DNA of 64,000 bases, from the NCBI GenBank assembly GCA_965223545.1, contig OZ245006.1, forward strand, positions 1,888,001 through 1,952,000, in the 5' to 3' direction. Below the pieces are notes generated by a model that was not told the DNA's origin, did not search any database, and saw only the letters and a list, made by a program, of their open reading frames with translations. Shown one piece after another: positions 1-11,334 of this stretch; the first letter of the stretch is position 1; every line of letters starts with the position of its first letter. Made by a program: the position numbers and the translations under genes. This DNA is from Planctomycetota bacterium (lineage in GTDB: Bacteria; Planctomycetota; UBA1135; UBA2386).

Positions 1-905
<905 letters not shown>

Positions 906-1224
906 GTCGACGCTACTTTGCGCTCGACCCGCGCACTGCGCCAGGGGCGGCGGGTGGAAGACCATGCGCGCGGCGTGACCGCGCGACCGTTCCGCCTTCG
1001 AGCCGGACGCGCAGCAGCGCGCTGCCCGCCTCCGGGATCACCACTTCTTCCCTGGAGACCGTCGCGCCCCCGTCGGTCCGCGCGCACGCGACAGCTCCCC
1101 GTTGGCACGCCCACTCGGACGCACCGGCCCCGTCCCCGGTATCTGCCTCCTGAATTGAGTGCCAGCCCAGGCGGCGAACCCACCGTTCGCGCCGCCGCAA
1201 GCCGCCGCGTAGACTCCGGCGACG

Positions 1225-2613
1225 ATGTACGACCCTCACCCGCCCGCCGGACCGGTCCACCCCCACCGGCACCTCCCGCGCCGCACCGCGCTCTGCGCCG
1301 CGGCCCTGCTTTGCGTGCCGATCCAGGCGCAAGGCACCCAAGGCGAGGTCATCGCGCGCTACCAGGGCCCCGACCGCGCCGAGATCGTCTCGCGCGACGA
1401 CCTCGCGCTCGAGCTGTGCCGGCGCTTCGGCCGCACCGAGCAGGGCACGGCGGCGCTGCAGTTCGCGGTCGACGTCGCGTTGATCCGCGACGCGGCGGTC
1501 GCCGCCGGGGTGATGCCCGACGCCGACGCCACCCGGCGCTGGATCGAGAAGCTGAGCGCCCAGTTGCGCGGCGCAGGCATGAACCTTCGCCAACTGCGCG
1601 AACAAAAGGGAATGTCGATGGCGGCGTTCGCCGAGTACGCCGCGGTGCAGCTGGCGCAGGAACGCTTGGTGCGGCGCGCGCTGGGGCTGGGTGCCGACGA
1701 GCCGGTGACACCCGCGATGCTCAAGCTGTGGATCGAGGAGGCGCGCGCCAAGCACCCGGTGATCACCGAGGGCGACCGGTTGCCCGCGGGGGCGATGGCG
1801 CGCTATGGCGACCGCACGCTCTCAGCCCTCGACCTCGGCCGCGTGCTTATGCGCAGCATCGACCCCGAGGTGCGCGAGCAGCAGACGCGCCAGCTGATCC
1901 TGCAGCGCTTGCTCGCCCACGAAGCCGCGCGGCACGAGATCGAAGTCAGCGCCGCGGAGATGGCGCGCGAGGTCGAACAACGCCGCGCGGAGGCGGAGGC
2001 CAACCCCACGTACCAGGGCATCGCCTTCGACGATCTACTGGCCTCGCAAGGCACCAGCGTGGAGGAGTTGCGGCGGTCGCCGGTGCTGCGCGCCCAGATC
2101 CAAGAACGCAAGCTGCTCGATCGGCTGGCGCCGGACGCAGTGCTCGAGCGGCGGCTGGCCGAAGAGCGCGACACCGTGCTGCGCGAATTCGGCCCTCGGC
2201 GTCAGCTGCAGGTGATTCAGCTGAAGGATGGAGCGAGCGCCGGCGACGCGATGGCGCGCGCCGCGACGCTGCGGCAGAGCATCGTCGACGGCCTGCCGTT
2301 CGAGGACGCCGCCACCAAACACAGCGACGATCCGTACACGCGGGTGTCGGGCGGTAACGCGGGCTGGCTGCACCGCGATGACTCCACGCTGCCGGCGGCG
2401 GTGCGCGAGGCCGCGTTCGCCGCCGAGCCGCACGAGCTGTCGGCGCCGATCGCCACAGCCGAGGGGGCCTACCTCTTCCGCGTCACCGGCATCGAGCCGA
2501 CGCCGAACGACGCCACTCTCAAGTTCCGCATGCGACAGCAGCGCGCGCTGCAGCTCCGCGGCGAGCTGCTCGAGCGCGCGCGGATCGAGATCGTCGGCGG
2601 AGCGGGCTCGTGA
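1225..2613 (+). CDS. Exported SurA/PrsA-like parvulin (PpiC-type) peptidyl-prolyl isomerase
   Basis: Signal peptide (ALCAAALLCVPIQAQ), two SurA-N-like helical regions, and a C-terminal rotamase motif FEDAATKHSDDPYTRVSGGNAGW...AF...LSAPIATAEGAYLFRV. Confidence 0.8.
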   Translation: MYDPHPPAGPVHPHRHLPRRTALCAAALLCVPIQAQGTQGEVIARYQGPDRAEIVSRDDLALELCRRFGRTEQGTAALQFAVDVALIRDAAVAAGVMPDADATRRWIEKLSAQLRGAGMNLRQLREQKGMSMAAFAEYAAVQLAQERLVRRALGLGADEPVTPAMLKLWIEEARAKHPVITEGDRLPAGAMARYGDRTLSALDLGRVLMRSIDPEVREQQTRQLILQRLLAHEAARHEIEVSAAEMAREVEQRRAEAEANPTYQGIAFDDLLASQGTSVEELRRSPVLRAQIQERKLLDRLAPDAVLERRLAEERDTVLREFGPRRQLQVIQLKDGASAGDAMARAATLRQSIVDGLPFEDAATKHSDDPYTRVSGGNAGWLHRDDSTLPAAVREAAFAAEPHELSAPIATAEGAYLFRVTGIEPTPNDATLKFRMRQQRALQLRGELLERARIEIVGGAGS

Positions 2614-3398
2614 GCGCTCCCCGTCCCGTCGCCGTCGCGACCGAAGCCGATGGCATCGCCACCGCGCGCTTCGCCGAGGCCGAGTGGCTGCGCGCGGCGC
2701 GCCTCCTCACCGCCGACCGCACGCCGCTCGAGCTGCGCATCGGCGAGGACGAGGAAGCCTTTGCCCTGGTCTTGTCCGGGACCCACGACCTCGAGGCCAA
2801 CAGCGGTTCATGGGTGAGCCGCGGCGTCCGCGCGACGCCGTTCGACGGCCGCCCCGTGGCGCTCTACCTGCCGCCCAAGACGCGCTTTCGCACCAGCGGC
2901 GGCCAGGGACAGCTCGTGGTCGCCTCGGTCCGGCGACCGACGCCACCGCCGGCGCCGGCAGCCGAGGCGACCGAAGCTGCGGCGGCCAAGCCGCTGCTGC
3001 CGCTCGCCGGCAGCAACAAGGCCTTCGACAGTGCCACCGGGTCGTGGCGGCCGATCGAGAGCTTTCCCGACTCACCCGAGGCGATCCTGCCCCGCCGCAT
3101 CGAGCAGCACACCGCCGGCGGCTGCCGCGCGGAGCGCGTGTTTCCACCGGCCTACAAGGCGTTCGGGCTGACGCTGCTGGAGGCGGTGCTCGAACCAGGC
3201 GCCGCGCTCGCGCTGCCCGCCTACGGCGAGGCCCCTCTCTCCGAGTGGGCCGTGGTGCTGCGCACCGAGGGAACCGCGCGCGTCGGCGACGCCGAGTGCG
3301 ACGCGGACGCGGTGCTCTGGGGACGCGACGCCGCGACGCTCACGGCATGCGCCGGACGCTGCCACGCAGTGGTGATCGGCGCCGGCCCGAAGGCCTGA
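2610..3398 (+). CDS. IolB/KduI-like (5-deoxy-glucuronate isomerase-like) cupin protein, divergent
   Basis: EEAFALVLSG...GVRATPFDGRPVALYLPP and GGCRAERVF...LTLLE resemble the IolB N-terminus. Overlaps the PPIase stop (GTGA). Confidence 0.5.
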   Translation: MSAPRPVAVATEADGIATARFAEAEWLRAARLLTADRTPLELRIGEDEEAFALVLSGTHDLEANSGSWVSRGVRATPFDGRPVALYLPPKTRFRTSGGQGQLVVASVRRPTPPPAPAAEATEAAAAKPLLPLAGSNKAFDSATGSWRPIESFPDSPEAILPRRIEQHTAGGCRAERVFPPAYKAFGLTLLEAVLEPGAALALPAYGEAPLSEWAVVLRTEGTARVGDAECDADAVLWGRDAATLTACAGRCHAVVIGAGPKA

Positions 3399-3522
3399 CG
3401 CCGGTTCGCCTCAGCGCGGCGGCACTGTCTCTCCGAGCCTCCGGCGCGGCCGCGTTGTCGCCAGAGCAGCGACGTCGCCTCGAAAATGTTGTCGAAGCTC
3501 TACGATTCGAGGCGCCGGAGCC

Positions 3523-4440
3523 TCAGCGCACACGCGCCGCGCGACCGTCGAGACTCACAAGCCAGACGCGCTGCCCGGCCTGCGCCAGCTCGCCGGGCAA
3601 GTAGCCCAGCGCGAGCGATCGCTGCTCGCCCGCCACCGGCGCCGCGCTCATCACCCGTCCGACCGGATCGCCCTCGTCCGGCTCGAGCAAGGGCGTGGCG
3701 CGGGCAACCTCCTCCTCGCCGTCGATCTCGAGCAGGCACAGCTGGCGGTTGACGTGGCCGTAGGTGTGGATGCGCGCGACGATCTCTTGACCGGTGTAGC
3801 AGCCCTTGGTGGTCGACACGTGGTCGTCGAGCCCGGCCTCGAGTGCCAGCGTGCTGGCCTCGGTGTCGACGCCGATGCGCGGGATGCGCGCGGCGATCCG
3901 CAGCAGCTCGGCGGTGGCGTCGTCGAGCGGGGGCAGGTCCAGCTCGGGTGCCACGCCGTGCGCCCGCCCCCACTGCAGTCCGGCGCGCTGGTGCGCGATC
4001 ACCACGCCATCGGCAGTGGCGTCGACACCAGCGGCAGCCGCGGCCGGCCGCAGCGCGGCGAACGCGCCGGGCCCCACGACCTCGACACAGCGACCGGGCC
4101 AGAGCACCTCGATCTCCACGCGCTCGGTGAAGTGGTAGCGCTCGAGGAGCTCGGCGAGCGGGTCGCGCTGATCCTCCTGGGTCTCGACCCACACTTGGTC
4201 TTCACCGCGGCCGAGGACCGCGGTGGTGATCAACTTGCCCTTCGCGTTGAGGAACGCACCCAGCCCAGTTTCGCCCGGGCGCATCGCCACGACGTCTTGA
4301 CTGCACAGCCGTTGGACGAAGTCGAGCGCGTCCGGTCCCCGCACCGAGATCAGGCCGAAAGGGGCTGGATGCCGCGTGCGCGCCGTATCGAGACCGAGAC
4401 CGGCGGCGCCGGTGGCATCGGGAGTTGGGAAGTTGTCCAC
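3523..4440 (-). CDS. ygfZ: YgfZ/GcvT-family folate-binding Fe-S cluster maintenance protein
   Basis: Signature KGCYTGQEIVARI, plus N-terminal GPDALDFVQRLCSQDV...FLNAKGK. Confidence 0.9.
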   Translation of the reverse strand: MDNFPTPDATGAAGLGLDTARTRHPAPFGLISVRGPDALDFVQRLCSQDVVAMRPGETGLGAFLNAKGKLITTAVLGRGEDQVWVETQEDQRDPLAELLERYHFTERVEIEVLWPGRCVEVVGPGAFAALRPAAAAAGVDATADGVVIAHQRAGLQWGRAHGVAPELDLPPLDDATAELLRIAARIPRIGVDTEASTLALEAGLDDHVSTTKGCYTGQEIVARIHTYGHVNRQLCLLEIDGEEEVARATPLLEPDEGDPVGRVMSAAPVAGEQRSLALGYLPGELAQAGQRVWLVSLDGRAARVR

Positions 4441-4465
4441 ACCAGTTTCCAGAGTTTGCCCACAG

Positions 4466-4530
4466 AATGAGACCCGGATTGGGGCGCTTTTTGACGACAG
4501 ACTTGAAAGAGCCCCGTTTCGGTTCTAGTT
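4466..4530. promoter_or_regulatory. Candidate pair of Rrf2/IscR operators in the ygfZ-iscR divergent promoter
   Basis: AATGAGACCCGGATTGGGGCGCTTT (4466-4490) and AAAGAGCCCCGTTTCGGTTCTAGTT (4506-4530) are imperfect inverted copies (18/25 by hand) flanking a TTGACG -35-like hexamer at 4491. Confidence 0.35.
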
Positions 4531-4616
4531 TCATCCAAGGCACGGCGCCGGGCAAGAGCAGTTTCTCGCCATGCCGTCCAACCCGCCTCTGCGAACGACA
4601 AACCTGCGAATCCGAC

Positions 4617-5102
4617 GTGCTGCGCATCTCCAAGAAAGGTGACTACGCGGTCTTCATCATGGGCTACCTCGCCCAGAACGGAGCCGTGCCCGACGGCGAC
4701 GTCGTCAGTGCCCAGGAGATCGCCGACCGCTCCGGCCTGCACAAGTCGGTGGTCGCCAACCTGCTCAAGGACCTGACCCGGGCCGCGCTGCTCGAGTCGG
4801 TGCGCGGCATCCGCGGCGGCTACCGGCTGGCCCAGCCGGCCGCCGACATCAGCCTCGGCCGCATCCTGCAAGTGGTCGAGGGACCGTTCGCGTTCGTCGA
4901 CTGCGCCACCCCCGATTCCGACAGCGCCTGCGCGCTGATGAGCTTCTGCCCTTCCAAGCGGCCGATGCAGGTGCTGCACGACCGCATCGCCGCGCTGCTG
5001 GAAGACCTGCGCCTGCCCGAGCTGACCGGCGAGACGCTGCAGCCGGCGTTCGCGAAGGCCTCCTCCCCCTCCCCTCGCTCCGACTCGACCGCTACGCGAT
5101 GA
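4617..5102 (+). CDS. iscR: Rrf2-family transcriptional regulator (IscR-like)
   Basis: [11 protein letters not shown]...SAQEIA...[33 protein letters not shown] plus three C-terminal Cys. First gene of the isc operon; probable GTG start at 4617. Confidence 0.85.
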   Translation: MLRISKKGDYAVFIMGYLAQNGAVPDGDVVSAQEIADRSGLHKSVVANLLKDLTRAALLESVRGIRGGYRLAQPAADISLGRILQVVEGPFAFVDCATPDSDSACALMSFCPSKRPMQVLHDRIAALLEDLRLPELTGETLQPAFAKASSPSPRSDSTATR

Positions 5103-6319
5103 CCATCAAGCTCCCGATCTACATGGACTACAGCGCCACCACGCCGTGCGACCCGCGGGTGGTGGAGAAGATGGTGCCGTTCTTCGGCGAGACCTTCGGC
5201 AACGCCGCCAGCCGCAATCACGCGTTCGGTTGGGCGGCCGAGACCGCGGTCGACACCGCGCGCGAGGAGGTCGCCCGCCTGATCGGCGCCGTGGCCAAGG
5301 AGATCATCTGGACCAGCGGCTCGACCGAGGCCAACAACTTGGCGATCAAGGGCGTCGCCGAGATGTACGCGCCCAAGGGCAACCATCTGATCACCTGCGT
5401 CACCGAGCACAAGGCGGTGCTCGATCCGATGAAGCACCTCGAGGCGAACGGCTTCGAGGTGACCTACCTGCCGGTGGACGGCGTCGGCCGGATCGACCTC
5501 GACGCCCTGCGCGCGGCGATCACCGACAAGACGATTCTGATCTCGCTGATGGCGGCCAACAACGAGATCGGCACCGCCCACCCGCTGGCCGAGATCGGTG
5601 CGCTGGCCAAGGAAAAGGGCGTTCTGTTCCACAGCGACGCCACCCAGGCCGCCGGCAAGCTGCCGCTCGACGTCATCGCGCAGAACGTCGACCTGCTGTC
5701 GCTGTCGGCGCACAAGTTCTACGGGCCCAAGGGGGTCGGCTGCCTGTACGTCCGCCGCAAGGGCCCGCGCGTGCGGCTGACGCCGATCATCGACGGCGGC
5801 GGCCACGAGCGCGGCATGCGCTCGGGCACTCTGAACGTCACCGGCATCGTCGGCATGGGCGAGGCGGCGCGGCTGGCGCGCGTCGAGTTCGACACCGAGG
5901 TGCCGCGGCTGCGCGCCCTGCGCGACCGTCTCGACGACCGCGTGCGCGCGCGCATCGCCGACGTCGTGCTCAATGGCGACGCCGAGCACCGGCTGCCGCA
6001 TCTGACCAACCTCTCCTTCCCCTACGTCGAGGGCGAGTCGCTGATCATGGGCGTGCGTGAGCTGGCGGTCTCGTCCGGTTCGGCGTGCACGTCGGCGAGT
6101 CTGGAGCCGAGCTACGTGCTCAAGGCTCTCGGCTTGGGCGACGAGCTCGCGCACAGCTCCATCCGCTTCTCCCTCGGCCGGTTCACCACCGAGGCCGAAG
6201 TCGACTACGCGGTCGACAAGGTCTGCCACGAGGTCGAGCGCCTGCGCGCCATGTCTCCGCTCTGGGAGATGGTGCAGGAGGGAGTCGATCTCTCCAAGGT
6301 GCAGTGGACCATGCACTGA
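5099..6319 (+). CDS. iscS: Cysteine desulfurase IscS
   Basis: [13 protein letters not shown]-binding [10 protein letters not shown], catalytic SSGSACTS, and C-terminus [13 protein letters not shown]. Confidence 0.97.
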   Translation: MTIKLPIYMDYSATTPCDPRVVEKMVPFFGETFGNAASRNHAFGWAAETAVDTAREEVARLIGAVAKEIIWTSGSTEANNLAIKGVAEMYAPKGNHLITCVTEHKAVLDPMKHLEANGFEVTYLPVDGVGRIDLDALRAAITDKTILISLMAANNEIGTAHPLAEIGALAKEKGVLFHSDATQAAGKLPLDVIAQNVDLLSLSAHKFYGPKGVGCLYVRRKGPRVRLTPIIDGGGHERGMRSGTLNVTGIVGMGEAARLARVEFDTEVPRLRALRDRLDDRVRARIADVVLNGDAEHRLPHLTNLSFPYVEGESLIMGVRELAVSSGSACTSASLEPSYVLKALGLGDELAHSSIRFSLGRFTTEAEVDYAVDKVCHEVERLRAMSPLWEMVQEGVDLSKVQWTMH

Positions 6320-6369
6320 GCGCCCTCGAACGAGGCCACTTGATCCAACGAACACCCAACTGACTTGCC

Positions 6370-6792
6370 ATGGCTTACAGCGACAAAGTTCTCGATCACT
6401 ACAACAACCCGCGCAACGTCGGCTCGCTCGACAAGAGCAGCCGCGACGTCGGCACCGGCATTGTCGGCGCACCCGAGTGCGGTGACGTCATGAAGCTGCA
6501 GATCCAAGTCGACGATGCGGGCAAGATCGTCGACGCCAAGTTCAAGACCTACGGCTGCGGTTCGGCGATCGCGTCCTCGTCGCTGGCGACCGAGTGGCTC
6601 AAGGGCGCCTCGATCGACGACGCGGACAAGATCAAGAACACCCAGATCGTCGAGGAGCTGTCGCTGCCGCCGGTGAAGATCCACTGCTCGGTGCTCGCCG
6701 AAGACGCGATCAAGGCGGCCATCGCGGACTACCGATCCAAGCGCGATGCCGCCGCGCCAGCGGTGGCGAGCAGCGAGGAGAAGCAGTCGTGA
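6370..6792 (+). CDS. iscU: Fe-S scaffold IscU
   Basis: MAYSDKVLDHYNNPRNVG, GAPECGD, YGCGSAIASSS, and the HscA-binding LPPVKIHCS motif. Confidence 0.97.
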   Translation: MAYSDKVLDHYNNPRNVGSLDKSSRDVGTGIVGAPECGDVMKLQIQVDDAGKIVDAKFKTYGCGSAIASSSLATEWLKGASIDDADKIKNTQIVEELSLPPVKIHCSVLAEDAIKAAIADYRSKRDAAAPAVASSEEKQS

Positions 6793-7193
6793 CCGAAGCC
6801 AAGACCAACACCGATCCGGAAGCGGCGGCGGTGGCGCCGACCGCGCCCAAGGAGGGCCGCGGTGTGGTGGTGACCGAGCGCGCCGCGTTGGAGATCCAGC
6901 GCGTCATCGAAGAGAACCAGTTTCCCGCCGGCGAGACCTGGGTTCGCATCGGTGCCAAGGGCGGCGGCTGCAGCGGCTTCAGCTACGTGCTCGACTTCGA
7001 CAAGACCGGGCCGACCGAGTTCGACCTCGCCTACGAGATGCACGGCGTGCGCTACATGGTCGACAAGAAGAGCGAGTTCTTCATGGCCGGCACGATCCTC
7101 GACTTCAACGACGACCTGCTCAACCGCGGGTTCGCGTTCAAGAACCCGTCGGCCACCGGCACCTGCGGCTGCGGCACGTCGTTCTCGGCCTGA
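6789..7193 (+). CDS. iscA: A-type Fe-S carrier IscA/HesB
   Basis: GGGCSGFSY and C-terminal NPSATGTCGCGTSFS. GTG start overlaps the iscU stop. Confidence 0.93.
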   Translation: MTEAKTNTDPEAAAVAPTAPKEGRGVVVTERAALEIQRVIEENQFPAGETWVRIGAKGGGCSGFSYVLDFDKTGPTEFDLAYEMHGVRYMVDKKSEFFMAGTILDFNDDLLNRGFAFKNPSATGTCGCGTSFSA

Positions 7194-7212
7194 AGCAAAA
7201 GAGCTCTTGGCC

Positions 7213-7692
7213 GTGGATCCGTTTGCCGTGCTCGGGCTCGAGCCCGACCTGGAGCTCGCCGAGACGGCGCTGGAGCAGCGCTATCTGCAGCTGTCGCGCG
7301 AAACCCATCCCGACCACCACGGCACGGCCGACGCCACCGAGCAGGTGGCGATCCTGACCCGCGCCGCGCAGATCAACGACGCCTACCGGGCACTGCGCGA
7401 TCGCTGGCGGCGCGCCGAAGCGCTGCTCGAGCTGCGCGCGCCGGGCGTGATCGAGGCGCACAAGAAGCTCGATCCGCTGTTTCTCGCCGAGGCGATGGAG
7501 CTGGCCGAGGCAGTCGCCGAAGCCGACGGCGACGACCCGGCGCTGCGCGCCCGCGCCGAAGCAGAACGCGATGCGCGCTGGTCGACGCTGTGTGCCGCCG
7601 CGGCGGCCGACGACTGGCCGCGCGCCGCGACCGCGCTGCACGAGGCGCGCTACTTCCACAAGGCGATCGCCGACCTCGGAGACAAGACGTGA
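7213..7692 (+). CDS. hscB: J-domain co-chaperone HscB
   Basis: DPFAVLGL...YLQLSRETHPD...INDAYRALRD..RRAEALL...DPLFLAEAMEL; position in the isc operon. Confidence 0.9.
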   Translation: MDPFAVLGLEPDLELAETALEQRYLQLSRETHPDHHGTADATEQVAILTRAAQINDAYRALRDRWRRAEALLELRAPGVIEAHKKLDPLFLAEAMELAEAVAEADGDDPALRARAEAERDARWSTLCAAAAADDWPRAATALHEARYFHKAIADLGDKT

Positions 7693-9539
7693 GCGATACT
7701 CCCGCGACTCCGACCGGCCAGGCGCCGGCGGGCCTGGTGCTCGGCATCGACCTCGGCACCACGAACAGCTTGGCCGCGGTGATGACGGCGGACGGGCCGC
7801 GCGTGCTGCGCGATGCGCAGGGCGAGGCGTTGATCCCATCGGTGGTGACCTATCTCGAGGGCGGCGGCCACGTGGTGGGCCGCGAGGCGCGCGCCCTGAC
7901 TTTGGAGCTGCCGGCGCGCACGGTGTCCTCGGTCAAGCGACTGATCGGCCGCGCCGGCGACGAGGTCGACGATGAGGCGCGCCACCTCGCCTACCCGGTG
8001 CGGCAGGGCGAGCGCGGCCTGGCGCGCATCGTCATCGATGATCGAGAGATCTCACCCGAAGAGGTCTCGGCGCTGGTGCTGCAGAAGGTGCGCGCCGTCG
8101 CCGAGGCGGCCCTCGACCAGCCGATCCGCGGTGCGGTCATCACCGTGCCGGCATACTTCGACGACGCGCAGCGGCAGGCGACCAAGGACGCGGCGGCGCT
8201 GGCCGGCATCGAGTGCCTGCGCATCGTCAACGAGCCCACCGCGGCTGCCCTCGGCTACGGCCTCGGCGGCCGGCACGAGGGCACCGTGATGGTCTACGAC
8301 TTGGGCGGCGGCACCTTCGACGTCACCGTCCTCAAGATCCAGAACTGCGTGTTCCAGGTGCTGGCGACGGCGGGCGACACCCACCTCGGCGGCGACGACT
8401 TCGACCGGTTGTTGGTGGAACGGATTCTCGACGTGCTGCGCCAGAACGACGCCGACGCCGACACGCTGTCGCCTTACGTGCGCCAGGCCGTGCACCGCTC
8501 GGCCGAGCAGCTGAAGATGCGGCTGTCGACGGAAGACAGCGCCGCGCTGCAACTCGACCTCGGCGACGGGCGGCAGACCGAGCTCGTCGTCACCCGCGCC
8601 GAATTCGAGGCGGCGATCGCCCCGCTGGTCGACAAGACCCTGCAGAGCTGCCGGCGCGCGATGGCGGACGCCGGCCTCGAGTTCTCGCAGCTCGACGACG
8701 TGGTGCTGGTCGGTGGTTCGACTCGGGTACCGATGGTGCGCGCCGCCCTCGCCGAGCTGACCGACAAACAGCCGCACACCGAGATCGATCCCGACCAGGC
8801 AGTCGCGTTCGGCGCCGCGGTGCAGGCCGACGTGCTCTCGGGCGGGTCCAAGGCGGTGCTGCTGCTCGACGTCATTCCGTTGTCGCTCGGCATCGAGACC
8901 ATGGGCGGCGTGGTCAGCAAGCTGATCCTGCGTAACTCGACGATCCCGACCGCCGTCACCGAGGAGTTTTCGACGCAGGTCGACAACCAGACCGGGGTCG
9001 ACATCAACATCTACCAGGGCGAGCGCGAGAAGGTCGAGGACTGCCGCAAGCTCGGCGCCTTCAAGCTCACCGGCATTCCGCCGGCGCCGGCGGGACTGCC
9101 CCGCGTCGCAGTGACCTTCATGGTCGATGCCGACGGCGTGCTGCGCGTCAACGCCACCGAGCAGCGCAGTGGTGCCGCGGCCAGCATCAGCGTGCTGCCG
9201 TCGTTCGGGCTGACGCGCGACGAAGTGCGCCGCATGATGCACGAGTCGATCGAGCACGCCGGCGAGGACATGGCGGCGCGCGAGGCGGCCGAGCTGCGCA
9301 ACAAGGCGACCGCGATGGTGCGCGGCACCAGGAAGGCGCTCGAGCTGTCCGATCTACCGCCTGACCAGACCTACTCGGTCAAGAGGGCCGTGCGCGCCAC
9401 GCAGAAAGCCCTCGACGACGGCGACGACGACGCTCTGCGCCAGCACGTCGACACCCTGTCCAAGCTCACCGCGCAGATCGCCGACGACGTCGTCAGCTCG
9501 GCGGTGACCAAGTCCCTGTTGGGCCCGGAAACCCAGTAG
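7689..9539 (+). CDS. hscA: Hsp70-family Fe-S chaperone HscA
   Basis: [61 protein letters not shown]; lies between hscB and fdx. Confidence 0.92.
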   Translation: MSDTPATPTGQAPAGLVLGIDLGTTNSLAAVMTADGPRVLRDAQGEALIPSVVTYLEGGGHVVGREARALTLELPARTVSSVKRLIGRAGDEVDDEARHLAYPVRQGERGLARIVIDDREISPEEVSALVLQKVRAVAEAALDQPIRGAVITVPAYFDDAQRQATKDAAALAGIECLRIVNEPTAAALGYGLGGRHEGTVMVYDLGGGTFDVTVLKIQNCVFQVLATAGDTHLGGDDFDRLLVERILDVLRQNDADADTLSPYVRQAVHRSAEQLKMRLSTEDSAALQLDLGDGRQTELVVTRAEFEAAIAPLVDKTLQSCRRAMADAGLEFSQLDDVVLVGGSTRVPMVRAALAELTDKQPHTEIDPDQAVAFGAAVQADVLSGGSKAVLLLDVIPLSLGIETMGGVVSKLILRNSTIPTAVTEEFSTQVDNQTGVDINIYQGEREKVEDCRKLGAFKLTGIPPAPAGLPRVAVTFMVDADGVLRVNATEQRSGAAASISVLPSFGLTRDEVRRMMHESIEHAGEDMAAREAAELRNKATAMVRGTRKALELSDLPPDQTYSVKRAVRATQKALDDGDDDALRQHVDTLSKLTAQIADDVVSSAVTKSLLGPETQ

Positions 9540-9545
9540 ACAACG

Positions 9546-9884
9546 ATGACCGACCCCACGGTGAAGATCACGTTCGACGGTCGCGAGATCGAGGCCCGGC
9601 TCGGGCAATCGATGCTCGAGCTCGCCGGCGAGCACGGCATCGACCTCGACCACGCCTGTGGCGGGGTGTGCGCGTGCTCGACGTGCCACGTCAAGATCGT
9701 CGCCGGCGCGGACGCGTTCAACGAAGCCTCCGAAGACGAGGAGGACCAGCTCGACGAAGCGCGCGGCGTCGACCTGACCAGCCGGCTCGGCTGCCAAGCA
9801 CGGCTCGAGCGGGTGCCGCGGGAAGGACGGATCGCGGTCGAGATCCCGGCGTGGAACGTCAATCTCGTCAAGGAAGGCCACTGA
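9546..9884 (+). CDS. fdx: ISC-type [2Fe-2S] ferredoxin
   Basis: HACGGVCACSTCHV...EEDQLD...SRLGCQA. Confidence 0.95.
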   Translation: MTDPTVKITFDGREIEARLGQSMLELAGEHGIDLDHACGGVCACSTCHVKIVAGADAFNEASEDEEDQLDEARGVDLTSRLGCQARLERVPREGRIAVEIPAWNVNLVKEGH

Positions 9885-11296
9885 CGAAGAGTCGGAGCCT
9901 GGCTCCGTACTTTCACTCCGTCGCGATTGGCGTCGCAGCGGTCGCGGTGTACCTGGTGAACTTGCAGCCGGTGCTGCACAGCGATGGGCCCCGGCTGCTG
10001 GCTGGGGATGGTGCGCCGGGGGCCGTGCATCTGCTGTATGCGCCGGGGCTCGCGCTTTGGCGCTCGGTGTGGGAGCCGCTGGGGGTCTCGGGGTTGGCCG
10101 CGGCCGCGTCGTTGAGCGCGGTGTGTGCAGGGATCGGGGTCGGGTGTCTGTACGGCGCCACGCGGTGGCTCGCGGCAACCGCGGTCGCGGGCTGGACGGC
10201 AGCGCTCGCCGCCTCGTGCCCGGCGGTGTTCTTCTTCGCGACGACGGTCGAGATTCACGCGATGTTCTTCGCCACCTGCGGGCTCGTCGCAGTGGCCACG
10301 GCCGCGCTGTGCTCGCGGCCGGGCGCGCGGGCCGCGCTGCTGGCCGGTGCCGCCTGCGGGTTGTCGTATCTCGTGCACCGCACCGGGGCGTTGCTGCCGC
10401 TGTTGCCCATCGCGCTGCTGGCGGCGCGTGGCACGACAGCGCCCAAGCAGCTGGCGGTTCTGACCACCGTGCTCCTCGCCGCCCACGGGCTGATCGCGAT
10501 GGCCGGGAGCGCGCTGCTGGCACCGTCCCAGCCCGACCTCGCCGCCGACCTCCTGCTACGCAATGCGCGCGCCAGTCTGGCCAACTGGCCGGAGCTCGTA
10601 GGGGTGCTGGCGCGCGAATGGGTGTGGGCCTATCTGCCACTCTCGCTGGCGTTCGTCGCGGGATGGTGGACCGGACAGCGCCGCTTGGTCCTCGCGGTCG
10701 CGGTCGTGGCGGTGCCGTACGCGGTGCTGACGTTCTTGCTGTTGGCGTTCGAGACGCCGACCGGCACGCCGGCCCACGAGAAGGGCGCCTACTTCTTGCC
10801 GTTGGTGTGGCCGTGCGCGTGGTTGGTCGCCCGAGCTTTGCCGCGGACCGCGCTCATCGGCTGCGTTCTGCTCGCGCTGGGCGTGGGCCAGCTGCAGATC
10901 CGCTGGGGCGTCGATCTTCGCCGCAACGTCGAGTTCGCCGCCGGCCTGCAGGAAGCGTTTCGCGATCGGCCGCCGTTGCTGATCATCGGCGACTGGCGCG
11001 ACTGGGAGGCCTGTCTGTTGACCGAGCCGTCACCGCCATGCGCATTCGTCACCGAGTCGTTCGTCGGCGTCGCAGACCTCGATTCCGCAATCCAGGTCGC
11101 GGAGCAGCGCCTGCTCGCCCTGCTCGACACCGGGCAGGCGATCGTCATCACCGAGCGCGCGTTGGCGATGCTGCATCGGGCAGCCGAGCGCGGAGTGCCG
11201 AACGCGGCGCGCTTCCGCACTTGGTTCGACGAGCGGTTCGCCCGCACGCCCATCGCCCATCGCGGTCTGCGGGGCGAGCGCCTGTCGGCGCGATGA
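9881..11296 (+). CDS. Polytopic membrane protein, possibly GT-C fold (start uncertain)
   Basis: About 10 hydrophobic segments, N-terminal HSDG and HLLY, FATTVEIHA motif, and a soluble C-terminal tail. Confidence 0.55.
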   Translation: MTKSRSLAPYFHSVAIGVAAVAVYLVNLQPVLHSDGPRLLAGDGAPGAVHLLYAPGLALWRSVWEPLGVSGLAAAASLSAVCAGIGVGCLYGATRWLAATAVAGWTAALAASCPAVFFFATTVEIHAMFFATCGLVAVATAALCSRPGARAALLAGAACGLSYLVHRTGALLPLLPIALLAARGTTAPKQLAVLTTVLLAAHGLIAMAGSALLAPSQPDLAADLLLRNARASLANWPELVGVLAREWVWAYLPLSLAFVAGWWTGQRRLVLAVAVVAVPYAVLTFLLLAFETPTGTPAHEKGAYFLPLVWPCAWLVARALPRTALIGCVLLALGVGQLQIRWGVDLRRNVEFAAGLQEAFRDRPPLLIIGDWRDWEACLLTEPSPPCAFVTESFVGVADLDSAIQVAEQRLLALLDTGQAIVITERALAMLHRAAERGVPNAARFRTWFDERFARTPIAHRGLRGERLSAR

Positions 11297-11334
11297 CGCA
11301 GCGAAAGAACTGGTCTCGGCTGCGCGCGGTGCAG

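Noticed and set aside
7689..9539. Calling the Hsp70 gene dnaK
   Set aside because: Its position between hscB and fdx, and an IscU with LPPVK, indicate HscA.
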